A program made the translations under genes and the position numbers. Positions 25,096 to 39,045 of a stretch of 64,000 bases of DNA are shown one piece after another; position 1 is the first letter of the stretch, and the number at the start of each line of letters is the position of its first letter. The DNA is from Camelus dromedarius. Lineage: Eukaryota. Under the pieces are notes generated by a model. That model worked only from the letters and a program-made list of their open reading frames with translations, ran no database searches and was not told the origin of the DNA. The DNA is taken from assembly GCF_036321535.1 (NCBI RefSeq), contig NC_087437.1, positions 66,404,001 to 66,468,000 of the forward strand. Reading direction: 5' to 3'.

Positions 25096-25886
25096 ATTAC
25101 TTTGATTTCATTTCACCTTTCTTATCGTCCACTGAGAACTAGTGTCCCATGCTTATGTAACTTGGAACTTGTTACTGAATATTCCAGTTACTATCTTTGT
25201 ATCACTGTGTTAGAAATTTGTCCCCCATACCTGTTCCACTCAGTGTTCCTACCCTGGGGTTATATAGAGCCAACCCAGTTTTTACATGCAAAAGTCCTTT
25301 AAACTTTAACGATGGCTAACATGCCCTCCATACTAATGAGGATTTTAAATCCTAATTTGGAATATGTTCTAAAGTGTCAGGATGTTAGGTACAATTATCT
25401 ATCACCTGCACATTTTATAAACACAAATTTTTTTGCCTAAATCCAAGCAACTAATAAAATATATCAAACAGGACAAGGCAGGACCAACTAGAGTTTTTTT
25501 TTTTTTTTTTTTGCCTTTACCAGAGTTACTGATAAAATAAGTTAAATGGGACTAGGCAAGGCTTAGTAGGGATTATTCTTTTGATGGTCTCTGAATGACT
25601 GGTTACCCTTCTTGTTGTTTGCTTAGCTACAGACCAACCTTACGGTACTCGTTTTATATAATAATGTTATGAAAAACTTTGTAAAATGCTTTGCTCTTGT
25701 CAAGAAAACACAGGTTTTTCCCATCAAAAAAATAGCTGTATCAAAGATAGAAATTAAATATTTGTGTGTGTGTGTGAGAGACTTAGGGAAATTTCTACTG
25801 CCTAAGTATTTGTAAACTCTGAATTTTTGTGATCCATTTTAGAATGTATTTATTGGACTATAGATTCTGGATTTAAAGCTATTTAA

Positions 25887-26000
25887 GGGGGGTGAGTATA
25901 GCTCAGTGGTAAAAGCTCATGCTTAGCATGTACAAGATTCTGGGTTCAACCGCCAGTACCTCTGTCTTAAAAAAAAAAAAAAGATTTAAAAACAAAAAAA
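25887..26000 (+). mobile_element. tRNA-derived SINE (Vic-1-like)
   Basis: gtatagctcagtggta...ctgggttcaaccgccagtacctc plus A tail. TSD taaagctatttaa 25874-25886 / taaagccatttaa 26001-26013. Confidence 0.88.
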
Positions 26001-28799
26001 TAAAGCCATTTAAAATGTATAGATTGCCCTCACCTTCCATGGGCTGCATTTTGTTTATTAGGATTTTTGTTATATCCTTTCCAGGTTGAAAACCCTTCTA
26101 ACAGAAAAGGGAATCATGATAAGAGTTGGACAAGGTCTGTCTTCTCTCTTTTTACCTGGTCAGGGGGCTTAACTTTTCTTAATCTTGCTTTGAAAACCTT
26201 TTGCTGTTACCTCATTTAAGCAGAATCTGGCCTGTTCTTATTTTCTATTCTTCCTTGGATATATGCCCTTCTTAAAGTTGTATGTTTTTAAATTATGAGC
26301 TCATCAAGGAAAACCCTTTTAGTTGGTTTCTTTGTTTCTTTGACTTTGTGTTAAGATTCTGTTCAATTGCTTGGTCAGAATCCCGTTTTTTATTGTTTTC
26401 TACTTCTTGTCAGTTATTAGCCTCTTTTGAAGACTCTTACCACAGAACTATACCTATTTGTTCTCTGAACTTTTTGAAATACATTTTGCTCAAGTCATGG
26501 TTCAGATCTAGCCAGGGCTAGTAATCCCTTTTTCTTACTATTTCAGTTATTTTTACCCCAGAATCCTTGTCACCTATGTCATCAGCCAATTTTTTCTAGC
26601 TGGGCAGAATTAAACCCAGAATAATTTCTCCCATTGTTTGTTTCCATTGATTTTTGAAAGATAAAAAGTTAAATTAAGTTGGTGTATCAAATACTTCTCT
26701 AAAATAAGTTACCATCCCTTCATCCCCTCCCCAAGTGTGATTATCCTTTGCCTCTCACCCACTTCTACAGTGTGCATTGGGAGAGCTGCATTCATACCTT
26801 GTCTAGTGATAGAATCTGCAGTATATGCCCCCAAGGTGTTCCTCTTCCCAACTCCTTCCTGTCTATTTTCTCTTTATCTTAAACCAAATGGATGTGCAAT
26901 TTCATAAAAATATATATAGCTTTTTAAAAAGCCAAGGATTTTTCTCTACTAAAAACGTAATATGTAGTTATTTTAGGAAATAAAAATCTCCCATATTCTT
27001 ATTTGCAAAGAAAATCAAAGATAACACTATTTTATATTCTTAAGTAGTTATGTCTATATATATAGAGAGAGAGAAAGGGACAGAGAGGTATGCTTTTTTT
27101 TTTAAATGAACTTTTGCTGTTTAGGGGATGGAATATATGACTATATAATATTCAGCTAGTATTCTAAGCCTGTACCGTAATTCCAACTTATTCCTTATTC
27201 CTGGACATTTGGGTTGTGCCATGGTTTTTAGAAGAATTGCCAAGTCAAAAGGTGTAAGGAATTTTTAACTTTTATATACATATTGTCAAATTGCCTTGCA
27301 GAAACCTTGTCCCAGTTTACACGCCCACTGGCAATTTTTTCATTTCTCCATTACTTCAGCACTAGCCAGCCCGGAGTGGGGATCGGGGAGGTGCAGAGTG
27401 CATATGCACATGTATGTACTTTTAGGTATTACCAACTTAGTAGTTGAGGAAGGTGAGTGGGTGTCTTTTTTAGGAGCAGTGCTATACCTGTCTCTTTCTA
27501 TTGGCTTGTGTTTGAAGTATAGACTTTCATCCACATATTCCACTTTGACACATTCACTGACACTAATGAGATTGTATCTACCCTGTGTCAGGATTTCAAG
27601 TTCACTTAAATAAGTTTACATATAGATACCTAAAGTCAAACTAGCTTAGTCATTATTTTCACCAGAGCAGTGCTAAGTATCACTTATAGGAAATTGCTTC
27701 TTTTTATGCAAAACATGTTCTCTCCTATTAAGTCAAAAATTTTACTTCAGTTTTTTCCCATTCCTCCAAAAGTAATGTAAAATCTTCTTGATTAAGTTGA
27801 TGAATGTGGTATCAGACATTCTTCCAGGTATTCTTCAACTGTTCCTCAGTTCCTTAGTGTTCATATTCATGAGCCTTGTCTTATTCTTTATTCCTAAATT
27901 AAGTCTTCTAACTTAACAGTTGAAAATATATCCCAGTTCCCCATGGCCTTCAGTTTCCTACCCTGAACAACCAAACCTCTTCATTAAAATATGCTCTGGC
28001 CCTGAGCTCACAGCAGCAAAGACCTCTCTGCCACTGGCAGATAAAGTATAAACAGTCTTGTCGACAAGCCTTCCAGGTTTGTTGGTGGATTGATTGTCTC
28101 ACTGGCATCTGAATTTCAGTTCTACTTTTTGAATGACTGAAACCACCATGGTTTTTGTGCCACCACCCTTTCCTTGGAATAATATGACAAGAGCGTTGAT
28201 GATACTTTGCTGAGGAATGTTCCCTTTCCCCCTTTCCCCCTTCCTCTCCCTCATTATGACACACAAAATAGTCAAAATGCTAGTAGACATTATAAAGAGA
28301 AAAACGAAAATTGAATCCTTTTCCTTACTAGTGACATATTAATTTCATTTAGGGTACACTCATTTCAGTTTTACGTATAAGCTTAGGGTATGCCTTTAAT
28401 TCTCTGTGAGTAATGGTCTTGTTCATGTGTCAGTTAATAACATGAATGTCTGAGACATAGTTTTATAGTAGAGGCATTTCCACTTGGAACAGGTTGAATA
28501 GGAACATCCTGAGTTAGCTGCATGTTACAAACCACGTAGCCCAGGCTGCCACAACTGTGTCTTTTAGATGAGTTGACCTGTCATGAGACATTTCTCACTT
28601 ATAAAAAGAGGAGAGCTGGTGAATAGAAATAATAAAATAGGCTTGGGAGAGCATAATAAAGGAAATAAGGGAATAAAAGTATACCTAAAGTTCCCAGATA
28701 TACTCGTGAAGTACATGCAACACACAAAAAGGATTTAATATATCTGAAATATGCTCTTTTACGAATATACCAATAATGATTTTATAGCTTTCAAGAATC

Positions 28800-28925
28800 T
28801 GAAAACGTGTTAAAGGTAAATAAGGAACTAAATGTTTATTTTTATTTAATTGAAATTAAATTTAAATAACCATATATAGCTAGCAGCCATCCCATTAGAG
28901 AGTATACAGAACATTTCCACTGTTG
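28800..28925. mobile_element. hAT-Charlie (MER3/MER33-like) fragment
   Basis: ttaaatttaaataaccatatagctagcagccatcccattagagagt...agaacatttcca resembles MER3/MER33 ends. Confidence 0.5.
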
Positions 28926-29763
28926 CTGCTGGGCCAGTGAACACTTGTGTCCATTGGAAAGTTCTAGCTTTTATAGACCCATTGTCTGCAGCACGAGTGC
29001 GTGGTGGCAGAGCCTTTGGAACCCCAGCTCCTTTGTGTATTCCCTGTCCTTTCCTCCTCACCTTGTTTTCTGCTTTTTTTATTTAAACCCTTTGGTGACA
29101 GATTATAAATGTGGGACCTTGCATTCACTCTCCTTTCTCTCCCATTTGCACATTTGAACAGATACATTTGGAGGGAGAATGGACAGGACTTGCTGATGTA
29201 CTGGCAGGGGTGGGGGAGTGAGGAATCAAGATGAGAACTTGAGGTTTACCACCTGAGCAACTTCATGGGGCTGTTTCCTCAGTACTGAGACAGCTGCCCA
29301 TCAAACTCATGATTCGATTATCTAGCAACGCTGAGAATCTGAAAATAAAACTGTGGAACCTCTCCTAGAAAATATATGTGTATCAGATACAGAATTTTGC
29401 ACATAAAAATTTATGACAAAAATCACAGCCTGATGGACTTTATTTGGGAACCTAATACCTTAGAATTTCACCCTTAGTGTCACTGTGGGATTGCCCAGCG
29501 GGGCATTTTTACCACTGAAGTCACACAGAATAAAATTGGTCTCAATACATGCACAGATTCCCTTTGCCTTATCCAAAAACCACAGAATTATAGACTCTTC
29601 TCGGCATTAAGGAAAAACAGTTGAACATCTGATGCAGTCTTCCTTGTCCTGTACGGTTTATTAGGAGCATACCAAGGCCCTTTGTAGAGGGACTGGTCAG
29701 CAGTGCTCTGATGGGCTTGTGAATACAAACCCTAACTGGCGTTTAAGTTATTTGACATATATG

Positions 29764-30262
29764 TGTATATTAGTTATCTATTGCTGCATATCAGGATGCC
29801 CCAAAATTTAGCAGCTCAAGAGTAAACATTTATTATCTCGCGCTGTTTCTGTGTGTCAGACAATCAGAAGCGTATAATCCTGGGTCAGGGTTTCTCATGA
29901 GGTTGCAGTCAAAGTGTCTGGCAGGCTTGTTGCCTGGTGCTGGAAAATCTGCTTCAAGTGGTCGGTGAGTCTGTGCTGGCTGTGTGCAGAGGCCCAGCCT
30001 CTTACAATGTGGACCTCTCCCTGGTGCTACTTGAGTATCTCACATTGTGGCATCTGGCTTCCCCTAGACCAAGTGATCAGAGGAGGAGGAGGTGAAAGCC
30101 AGTGTCTTTTCATGTCGTAACTTTGAAAGTCATACACCATTATTTCTGCAATATCCTGTTAGTTACACAGGTCAGCCCTGTTTACTGAGGGAAGGGACTA
30201 CACAAGGGCATGGATTCAAAAGACATGACTCATTGAGGCCATCTTGGAAGGTGGCTACCACA
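29764..30262 (-). mobile_element. MaLR solo LTR (older MLT1 subfamily)
   Basis: tattagttatctattgctgc...cccaaaatttagcagct...tctcatgaggttgcagtcaa...ggccatcttggaaggtggctaccaca. Confidence 0.75.
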
Positions 30263-30709
30263 ATGTAAAAGAATGATCTTATACCTTCCTCCCCCAAAGC
30301 TGATTATTCTCCCCATCCTCCCTCAAGTCCATCCCTAGTTGGTATGTTTGCTGTTTGGTGTGTTTATTGTATAGCAGTATCAGAAGGTGAGTAATGGGCA
30401 TTGGTTTCTAGGAAGTTGGAATTTGGTGAAATACCAGCTCTTTAGTTGTTTCCAAAACGCTTTTGTCTCTATATACCCCATACAGACTGTTTGAAAATTA
30501 GGTAATAAGATAACTATACTCTTAATTTAAATTCACGGACCTGTTTTAATGTAGTAACCCTTTAGTTAATAGAAATAGGCTTCAAGAAATCACATTGGAC
30601 TATGTAGGGGTTAGGTCTGAATGAAAGCCCTCTATTCTCCCTTTGCTAGGAAATCTCTTCTGCTTGTCTCCTGCCACCCATAAAGGTCATCATTCCTCTG
30701 TTCTCTGTG

Positions 30710-31050
30710 CACTCAGCTCTCCCACTTGTTAGCTCTGTGACCTTGGACACATTGCCTCATCTCTTTGTGCCTCCATTTTCCCATTTGCAAAATGAATGCA
30801 ATAATTGTATCTCTTTCTTGGGGTTGCTGTGTGGACTAAATGACTCACCTATGGTGTTGGTGGTTATTGTGATCATGCTGAACTGTGCATTGATGTATTT
30901 CTCCTTCACCTTTCCATTTATTGGACAGTTACTAAGCACTTCATAGGCCTTATCTCATGGATGGGTGGTATTATGACTGTTTTACAGATGAGGAAATTGA
31001 AGGTAGAGTAGAGAGGTTAAATAACTTGTATTAAGTTGTACAACTAGATT
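30710..31050. mobile_element. Two MIR fragments in opposite orientations
   Basis: agctctgtgaccttggac...ctctttgtgcctccattttcccatttgcaaaatg (+) and ttttacagatgaggaaattga...gaggttaaataacttg (-). Confidence 0.7.
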
Positions 31051-34000
31051 TTATACTCAATAATGTTTGTGGAATTGGATTAGATTTAAGGAAGATATGT
31101 CAATGTGAACTTCAGAAGAGCATCTCAAGACTGAAAAGAAGAGACTGGACAATTAATTAGTCTTTGATTATTCATGGTTGGATCCTTTGTGGGGGAAAAA
31201 GAAAACAGATCTGAGCCTACCTTTCAATCGTAATACCAGGTCGCATCACTTTTACCAGTACGTATATAAAGGGAAGGGAATGGAGGGGAAGCAAAATGAA
31301 CTTTGCTGCTTTTAAAGAGTTACTGTTTAAATGTTTGGAAGAAAAGTTATAGAAAGTACAGTAAACATCTAAGTCCAGTGACAATTAATCAGAATTTTAA
31401 ATTAACGAACATTTTTATTATAGAGAGCCCATATTAATTCAGATTCAACTCTGTAAAATAAATGTATAGACTTGACAATGGGATCTAAATAAGCATGTAC
31501 CAAGAAGAGCTTTATTCAGTTAGAAAACCAGATAGTCTGTTGGAGCCACTATTAAGTTTATGAAAGCTCACTTTGTTTTGCTTTTCTCATCCCTGTGCTT
31601 TGTCTCCCTCTGAAAAACAGAGAACTCTGTTCTTTTTCTCAGCAAGCACATGTATAATTTGACTTCAAGTGGAGTTCACTAGGCAAAGGGTTTTGGGGTT
31701 TTTTTGATGAGTGAGTCTAGTGCTGTGACTTTAGATATCAAGGATATTTGTGATCAAAATAATTAGCTGTTAAAATTTTACTCATCAGGTGATTTGGAAA
31801 TAATTCAAAGAATAATAAGAGATCATTAAATTACAAATCTGAGGAGTATGAATGTCTTTTCAAATTTTAGTGGGAAGGTGAATTTGTTTTTGGTTACATG
31901 CCCATTTAAAAGGCTTGTGCTTTTTATTATGATCATACAAACAGCTTTCAGTTTATCCAAGGAAGGGGAGACAAGTTTTGGGGATGTCATAAGCTCACAG
32001 GTAGTAGCCAGTGAGAGACATCTGCAGATTAGTAGCTAAATAGGATGTTGCCAAAGAGTAGATTGATAAAATGGGCTGGTTGGCTGGCCATGTAGCTGAG
32101 CCTTGGTGGGTGTTGGCCGATAGCTAATGACTACCATGGCCAGAGCTGCTAACGGCGCTGGTGTGTGTGCTCATGAATTCCTGATGATGGGTGATCCCTC
32201 TGTCCTGAGGAAGACCAGAATGCATCTGTCATCCTCATGTGTTGAAATGAGAGAGAAGTGCTGTTGGATGATGATCGCGCATAGGCGGAGTGTCATCCAA
32301 AGCACGGGGAATGGTACAGTAAGCATGGGTTTGTGAGGAGCGTTTTAATTCTGAAATATCTCTGTACCTTCCAGGCTTTCTCAGGAGTGTTGTTTTTAAT
32401 GCAACCTCTGCCTGGATTATGAAAGTGAACATTTTTCTGGAGAAAACCTTACAGGAACCTGTGGCCTGGACAGGAATTGATGTTAGGTTACTGATGCACA
32501 GAATTTGGATGATCATTGAGGGTAAAACTCCTGCTAAGCAGGGCATATCCAAGAAAAACCAGGAGTTAAGAATGAAGTATCAGATATAGTCACTTACTGA
32601 TTATTGCAAAAGGCTGTTTACCTGCCTTTGAAGACTAGGTTCTATGCTATATAGCATATACCCTCTCTTGTCACCTGTCCATGTGCCAGGCCAAGTAGGT
32701 TCACGTGATGCACTGTCATGGGCAGCATGAGCCTAATGCATGGACCCTGATGCCATAATGTCTGCAGTCATTTGCGTGAAAACAGGATTAGAAGCAGCTA
32801 TAGGTGTTGTGAAGGAAATTAAATGAACTAAGCACCACCACTGATATTAAGAGATACAAACATTTCTTCCCCCAAAGGCTGAGTTAAATGTATATAAAGG
32901 CAGATTGTTTTGAGGAACAATCAGGAATTTAGAAAGGAAGCACTGTTTTTAAAGAGCGGCTATCAAAATGATAAACTGAATATGAATAGCTAGTCCTTAA
33001 GAGTTCCTTGAGCTAGAGTTGCTGTGTGTCCTTGGGGGTCTTTGTTTCTTGCTCAATTAAAAAATTCAGAGTAGAAAGATCCAGGGACCAAATGTTGTAT
33101 TCATCCATGACATTTATTTACTCTACTCATCATAGGATGCAGGAGAGCTTCAGTCTCTAGAGAAACGAGACTCTGGATCTGTTTCTTGGTATCACCAGCC
33201 TTGATGGCCAAAGGTGATAATGACTTCTAGGGCGATGGCTCTTGGAAGTTGCCCTTCTCAGTCAAGACACCTCTTCCTGCTCAGGACTTAGTGTGAAGTG
33301 TTTGAGAGAAAATTGCCTAACAGAATATTCCCAGTCATGTGTGGAATGACAGGGATGCAACTTGACCAGCCACTGAAACAGGAGTCTGTGGCCAAGATGG
33401 AGTCCATCCGAGATGGAGAGCCAGTCTGGAAACAGTTAAATGCCTGTTAAAACTTTAATGGATGCTGTGAAATAATAATGAACCTTAAGGGTTAGGGGGA
33501 GGTTAAAGTTGTAAAGTTAGAGGTATTTCCAAAGGATTAGGCAAAGTAAGCTCAATGTGAAGACATTTGACTATAAGGTGCTTTATTGACTTTGAATAAG
33601 AGAATTGGTACTACAAGGGCTGTTTCTTTTTTGCTGGTTGTCTTCCATTTCTATGAATAATGAAGAGGGACTGTACTTAGCAAGCATCTGAGTTTGATTT
33701 ACACTTAGTGCTTCTGCCTATCAACAGTGACCCATATTACTTCCATTGCCTCCACTCATTCACCCACTTAAGCAGATGGCACAGTATAACACCATTCAGA
33801 ATGTCTAGCAAGTCTTCCCAGCTGTGCACTGTTCATTTATTTTAAAGTGAGCTAGACTCCAGCTGAGTATTCATGCTTTGCTAATCCCAGCTGTGGCAAG
33901 AGCTCTGGCAGACATGGTCTCAGAGTCTGTAACTTAACTCAAAGACACTACCTTCCCTACACCAAGACCAGGCCAAGGCACAGACTTAACTCTAAGCAGA

Positions 34001-34142
34001 AAGAAATTCAGACTTCATAGTATTGGCCAGATTTAAAACAACATTCCAGACACAGCTCACAGTCTGCGGTTGAGGCAGTATACTTTTCTCTCTGGGGTGT
34101 GACAGCATTGCTCATGCTCTCTCTTGGGGCTTTGATTTGCAG

Positions 34143-34210
34143 ATGCAAATGCTGGAGACCGTGGACAGACCAATAATGCCGCTTCCGCATCAGCTTCCAA
34201 CTCCACCTGA
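34143..34210 (+). CDS. GSK3B: GSK3B terminal coding exon, (D)ANAGDRGQTNNAASASASNST*
   Basis: atttgcag|ATGCAAAT...TCCACCTGA. Known GSK3-beta C-terminus; stop at 34208-34210. Confidence 0.98.
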
Positions 34211-37200
34211 ACAGTCCCGAGCAGCCAGCTGCACAGGAAAAACCACCAGTTACTTGAGTGTCGCTCAGCAACACTGGTCACGTTTGGAAAGAAAATTAAA
34301 AAGAGAAAAAAAAAAAACCTGTTCATTTTAGTGTTCAGTTTTTTTTATTATTATTGTTGTTATTATTTAACCTTGTAAAATATCTATAAATACAAACCGG
34401 TTTCATTGTATTCTCACTTTGAGGGAGATCCAGGGGGTGGGAGGGGTTGTGGGGAGGGGAAAGCGGAGCACTAGAACACACAATCTCTCTCCCACGACAA
34501 TCTTTTTCTATCAGAAATCTGCTGTTGTATACTTTAAAAACAGAACTCCTGCCTCATGCCCCTTCCACAAAAGAAAACTTTGTTCTGTGCTGAAGTTTTT
34601 TTGAACTTTGTTTTCTTTTAAAGTCAAGTATAAGACTTTGGCATAGTGCACAGCTTGAAATTGGTTGGGAGCTTAGCAGGTGTAACTCAATGGGGACTTA
34701 AATGTCACTTGTAAAAATTAATCCATATCCTCGGGTGTTTGAAGACTTGCCTTTGGCATGTTGGTGGCAGGTGTGGCAGACAAAAAAGGAAATGTGTCTC
34801 ATTTGTAACCCGGGAGGTCAACAAAGTTTGAAACTATAAGGGGGAGATTCTTAATTGATTTGTTAAGGTTTTGTTCTGCTCTTAATCAGTGCTGGTGGTG
34901 AAGAAACTCCCCTAGGAAGCTGTCAGAGAAGGAGCAAGTGTGCTCTGTGCGTGGATCTTTGTTTGCCTGACCAAAGGTTCTCTGTAAATCTTAGTACAAT
35001 TTTGAACTAGTGACCTAGGAGAAGACGGGAAAGGATGTTGATCGGCCACTGTGGCTGCAGGGGTTAAAAGTCGATGAACCTGGAGGAAGGGGACAGGCCA
35101 GGGGCAGATCTCACCACTGTGAATGAATTTGTCCAGATTTTTTTCTAAAGTTGCTTCCCTCTGAAAGATACACTTGAGAGGACATTATAGTTAAATAATG
35201 TGAACTGTAACAGTCTACTGGCTTATTTTTCATATTTTTAATTGCAAATTGAGTTTGCAGAAATTGTCACATTCTGCACATAGTTCTAATTTTAAATCCA
35301 AATCTAGAATCTGTATTTAATTTCAGCTTTTTTTAACCTCATGCTTTTTAAATTTTATTTATTGATGCATGTCAGAGAGGCCATTATGATTTTAGATGGT
35401 AGGAATATTAAAAGCTACACATCAAAATGATACAAACAGTCACTTGTACCTGCTGACTTTATAGGAAAATTGATTATATAGATGTGTGTATATATGTTAT
35501 ATACATAGATTCAGTACTGCCTTTTTTTGTTTTTGTTTTTTCCCTTTGTCCACAGTATCAAAATTGACTGGCTGAAGCATGAGAAGAGTGAGTTTCCCCT
35601 ACACCCAGTTAAGAATTTTTGTTTTTGTTTCCTTTGTCTAATCAGTGAACAGTGTAAGACCCAGTCTCTGTTTTTGAAGAAAAAGCAATATTCCTTGGAA
35701 AGCAGAAGGACTGAAGGATTCCGTTGGCAGTGAGGGACTAGATTCTCCCGACTAGTTTGCTTTATACTTTAAGGTTGACGTCTATGTGGGCCTTATATAC
35801 TCTAAAATGAACCTTAGTCACCTTGGTGCTTATGGGCCATTACTTGACTTATGAATCTTTAAGGCACAATCAGTTGTACTTTACATTTAAAGATCACTTG
35901 AGTGATGGCCACCTTTCCCGCCTCCCTCCCTCCGGTCCTTCCTTCCTCACACACCTTCCAAGGTTAGCTGGTAACTGCAGGGCTGCAGAGCTGATCCCCA
36001 GGTTGTGCGCAACCTCCCTTCACCCTCCTCATTGCCACCTTAGGTCATGTTAGGGGGGCTCGGCTTCCAGGTGATTGGGAAGTGAAGTCTCTTGGCAGCC
36101 AGCCCTCAGGCGGGTCCCAGCACCCTGTCCTGCTTCTTAACCAAGTGTGTGTGATTCTCCAAGAGAGTCGTACTGCCTGCTGACGTGCACCAATACCCAG
36201 AAAGGCAACTGTGAGCCATCTCCGTTTTTACTCACTGTTCAGCTAAGCTCTTAAGCCACAGAAGGGTTTCTCAGACCTCTGGTTGTATCAGAGTTCTTGA
36301 GAAAGGAAATATACTCAAACCAAATCAAATTCAGTTTCACTTTTCATAATGAGCTTTGGAGAACAAATTAAGATTTGAAAGAAGTCTGAAAGTATTTGGC
36401 AGCATAATTCCTAAAGGGAATGGCTTTGATAGACCATTTTCAGAAAGGATTTCCAGAGGAGCTGGATGGCAGGTCTGTGACAGAAACGGACCTACCTTCA
36501 GACCCAACTGCCCAGCCAAACATTTGGACACAGACACAGACACTACTCTGGACTTGGTATACTTGCTAGAGTCCATAACAATCTGTGCTTGTTTTAGGAA
36601 ACACTCCCCCCAATAAATGGGGTAAGAGAAGAAGAGAGAAAAGTCAGACTCTTCTCTCTCATTTTATTGTGTGTGTGTGAGGGCTGAGGGGCGTGATTTT
36701 TCATTCTCAAGGATCATGGCGGGATCACAGAACTCTTTTATACAAGTGAGATCCAGGTCTCTGAATATCTTTTTGTAAATAATAATAATAATAATAAAAA
36801 GCTCCTCACCAAATTCAAGCTTGTACATTATATTTTCTTTCAGTGTTTTTAAATTTAAGTTTTATTGTTTTGTATGTAAATATGTGGACCCAGGAACTGT
36901 TATTAATGAGCAAAAAGTTACTGTTCAGGGCAGTGATTCTGTTTAATAATCAGACAAATTGTAGACGAGCTTTTTAAAGCCATATAGTTTTAACTCTGTA
37001 CAGTAGGTACCGGCCTGTATTATTGTAACAATAACTCTAGCAATGTATAGTGTATCTATATAGTTTGGAGTGCCTTCGCTTCCATGTATTTTTTTTTGTT
37101 TTTGATTTTGCAAATTTTAATTGGTTTCTCTCTCCATGTCTCCCTGACCCACTCCCTTTCCCTTTGAAATAATAACTCACTCATAACACAGTGTCTTTGC

Positions 37201-39030
37201 CCCTTCCACAGTTAATTTCAGTGATACCATGCTCAGGAGTGGAAAGAGGAAACCATGTTCATGATCTCACTTCATTCAAGCCCTGCCTTTGTTTTGGTTC
37301 TGAACCCGTTTCCTCCTCAGTAGCAGTGACTGGTTTCAGTTGGCACTAGTCCATTCGGGACTTAGTGCAGTGCCAGGGAGCCCTGGAGCTGGAGGATCAC
37401 AAATAGGTTAGATGTTGCTCGTCTTTTTCCCCAAACCCTAACCATGGGTCTTACGGACAGCAGATTTCAGCCGCCTTCCACGCTCTCTCTCTCCCCTCCT
37501 CCTCATCTACTTCCCTCCCAAATGAGAGAGAGAAATGGTTTTTATAAATCAAAGTTTCTGAATTGCATCGGGCTTGGACACACCGGTGGTCCGAGATGCT
37601 GCAGTGTGTCCCTGGCAGCTGAGGACTGTCATTTTCATCGGGGAGATTTCCTCCCTCCTGCCACCTCTACCCCTGTTCAGTGAAATGTCATTTTATTTTC
37701 TCTTTTTAAAAAATCAGTTTAATTCTTACTGTGTGCCCATCATGAAGGCCTTTAAGGAAAAAAATCAGAATTATTTGTTTTGCCTCCAAGTACTCCATAT
37801 AAGATGTCTTGAGTAGAAGAAAAAACTTCACCAAACCAAAGGTTACTATTTTTGAAACATGGTGTGTTCATTCCAGCAAGGCAGAAGACTGCACCTTCTT
37901 TCCAGTGACATGTTGTGTCATTTTTTAAAGTCCTCTTAATTTTTAGACACATGTTTTTGATTTGTGTTTTAACAAAGGCTGCCTATCCAGTCATCTTGTC
38001 TGCACCAACACAAAGGTTTCTGAGAGGACTGTGTATTCTCTATCCCTGTGGATATAAAGACACTGGCATTTCATTTCTTTTTCCCCTTCCTTTTTAAGGG
38101 ATTTAACTTTGGAATCTTCCAAAGGAAGTTTGGTCAATGCCAGATCCCCAGGATTTTGGGGTTTTTTTCTTTGTTTTAAACCAAAATAGTATCTGATTCC
38201 CACCGTTCCTGTTAATGATCATCTAATCACAGAGTTGAACACTTTCTCCCCTGTCTAGAAAAATAAACTAAGCATGCTTTACAATAAAATCTGTCTTTTC
38301 TGGTAGAAACCTGAGCCACTGAAAATAAGAAAGACAGCTAGAAGCAGAGTAGAGTTCCAGACTAAGGTCTATGTTTGAGAGGCTTTGAAAGTAATCCCTG
38401 GGGCTGGATTATTTTCACAAGGGTTATGACGTTTTACTTAAGTTTGTTGCTCCGTTTTGCACCTCTGCAATAAAAGCAAAATGACAACCAGTACATAAGG
38501 GGTTAGCTTGACAAAGTAGACTTCCTTGTGTTAATTTTTAAGTTTTTTTTTCTTACTATATCTGTCTACAGGCGGATACAGATAGATGTATGAAAACGTG
38601 CTTGCCTGTAAAATTTGCATTCATTAATGTGTTGCCGATGGATCGCGTGGGCCTGTACACACACCAATTAGCGTGACCACTTCCATCTTAAAAACAAATC
38701 TAGAAAACAAAATTTATCATATATATATATATATAAAGGACTGTGGGTTGTATAAAACTATTGCAAACACTTGTGCAAATCTGTCTTGATATAAAGGAAA
38801 AGCAAAATCTGTATAACATTATTACTACTTGAATGCCTCTGTGACTGATTTTTTTTTCATTTTAAATATAAACTTTTTTGTGAAAAGTATGCTTAATGTT
38901 TTTTTTCCCTTTCCCCATTCCCTTGTAAATACATTTCGTTCTATGTGACTTGGTTTGGAAATAGTTAACTGGTACTGTAATTTGCATTAAATAAAAAGTA
39001 GGTTAGCCTGGAAATGAAATTAAAATTCAC
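34211..39030 (+). other. GSK3B: GSK3B long 3' UTR (~4.8 kb)
   Basis: Follows the stop codon, has no recognisable TEs, is AU-rich with miRNA seed and Pumilio motifs, and ends at a polyA-signal cluster. The 3' end is approximate. Confidence 0.8.
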
Positions 39031-39045
39031 AAGTGTGTGGTCTTT
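38986..39045 (+). terminator. GSK3B: GSK3B distal polyadenylation signal region
   Basis: ATTAAA 38986-38991 overlapping AATAAA 38990-38995, a second ATTAAA at 39019-39024, and GU/U-rich gtgtgtggtcttt downstream at 39033-39045. Confidence 0.7.

Noticed and set aside
25560..26700. Possible ancient CR1/L3 relics (also ~31900-33500)
   Set aside because: Too degraded to assign a family or boundaries without a profile search.
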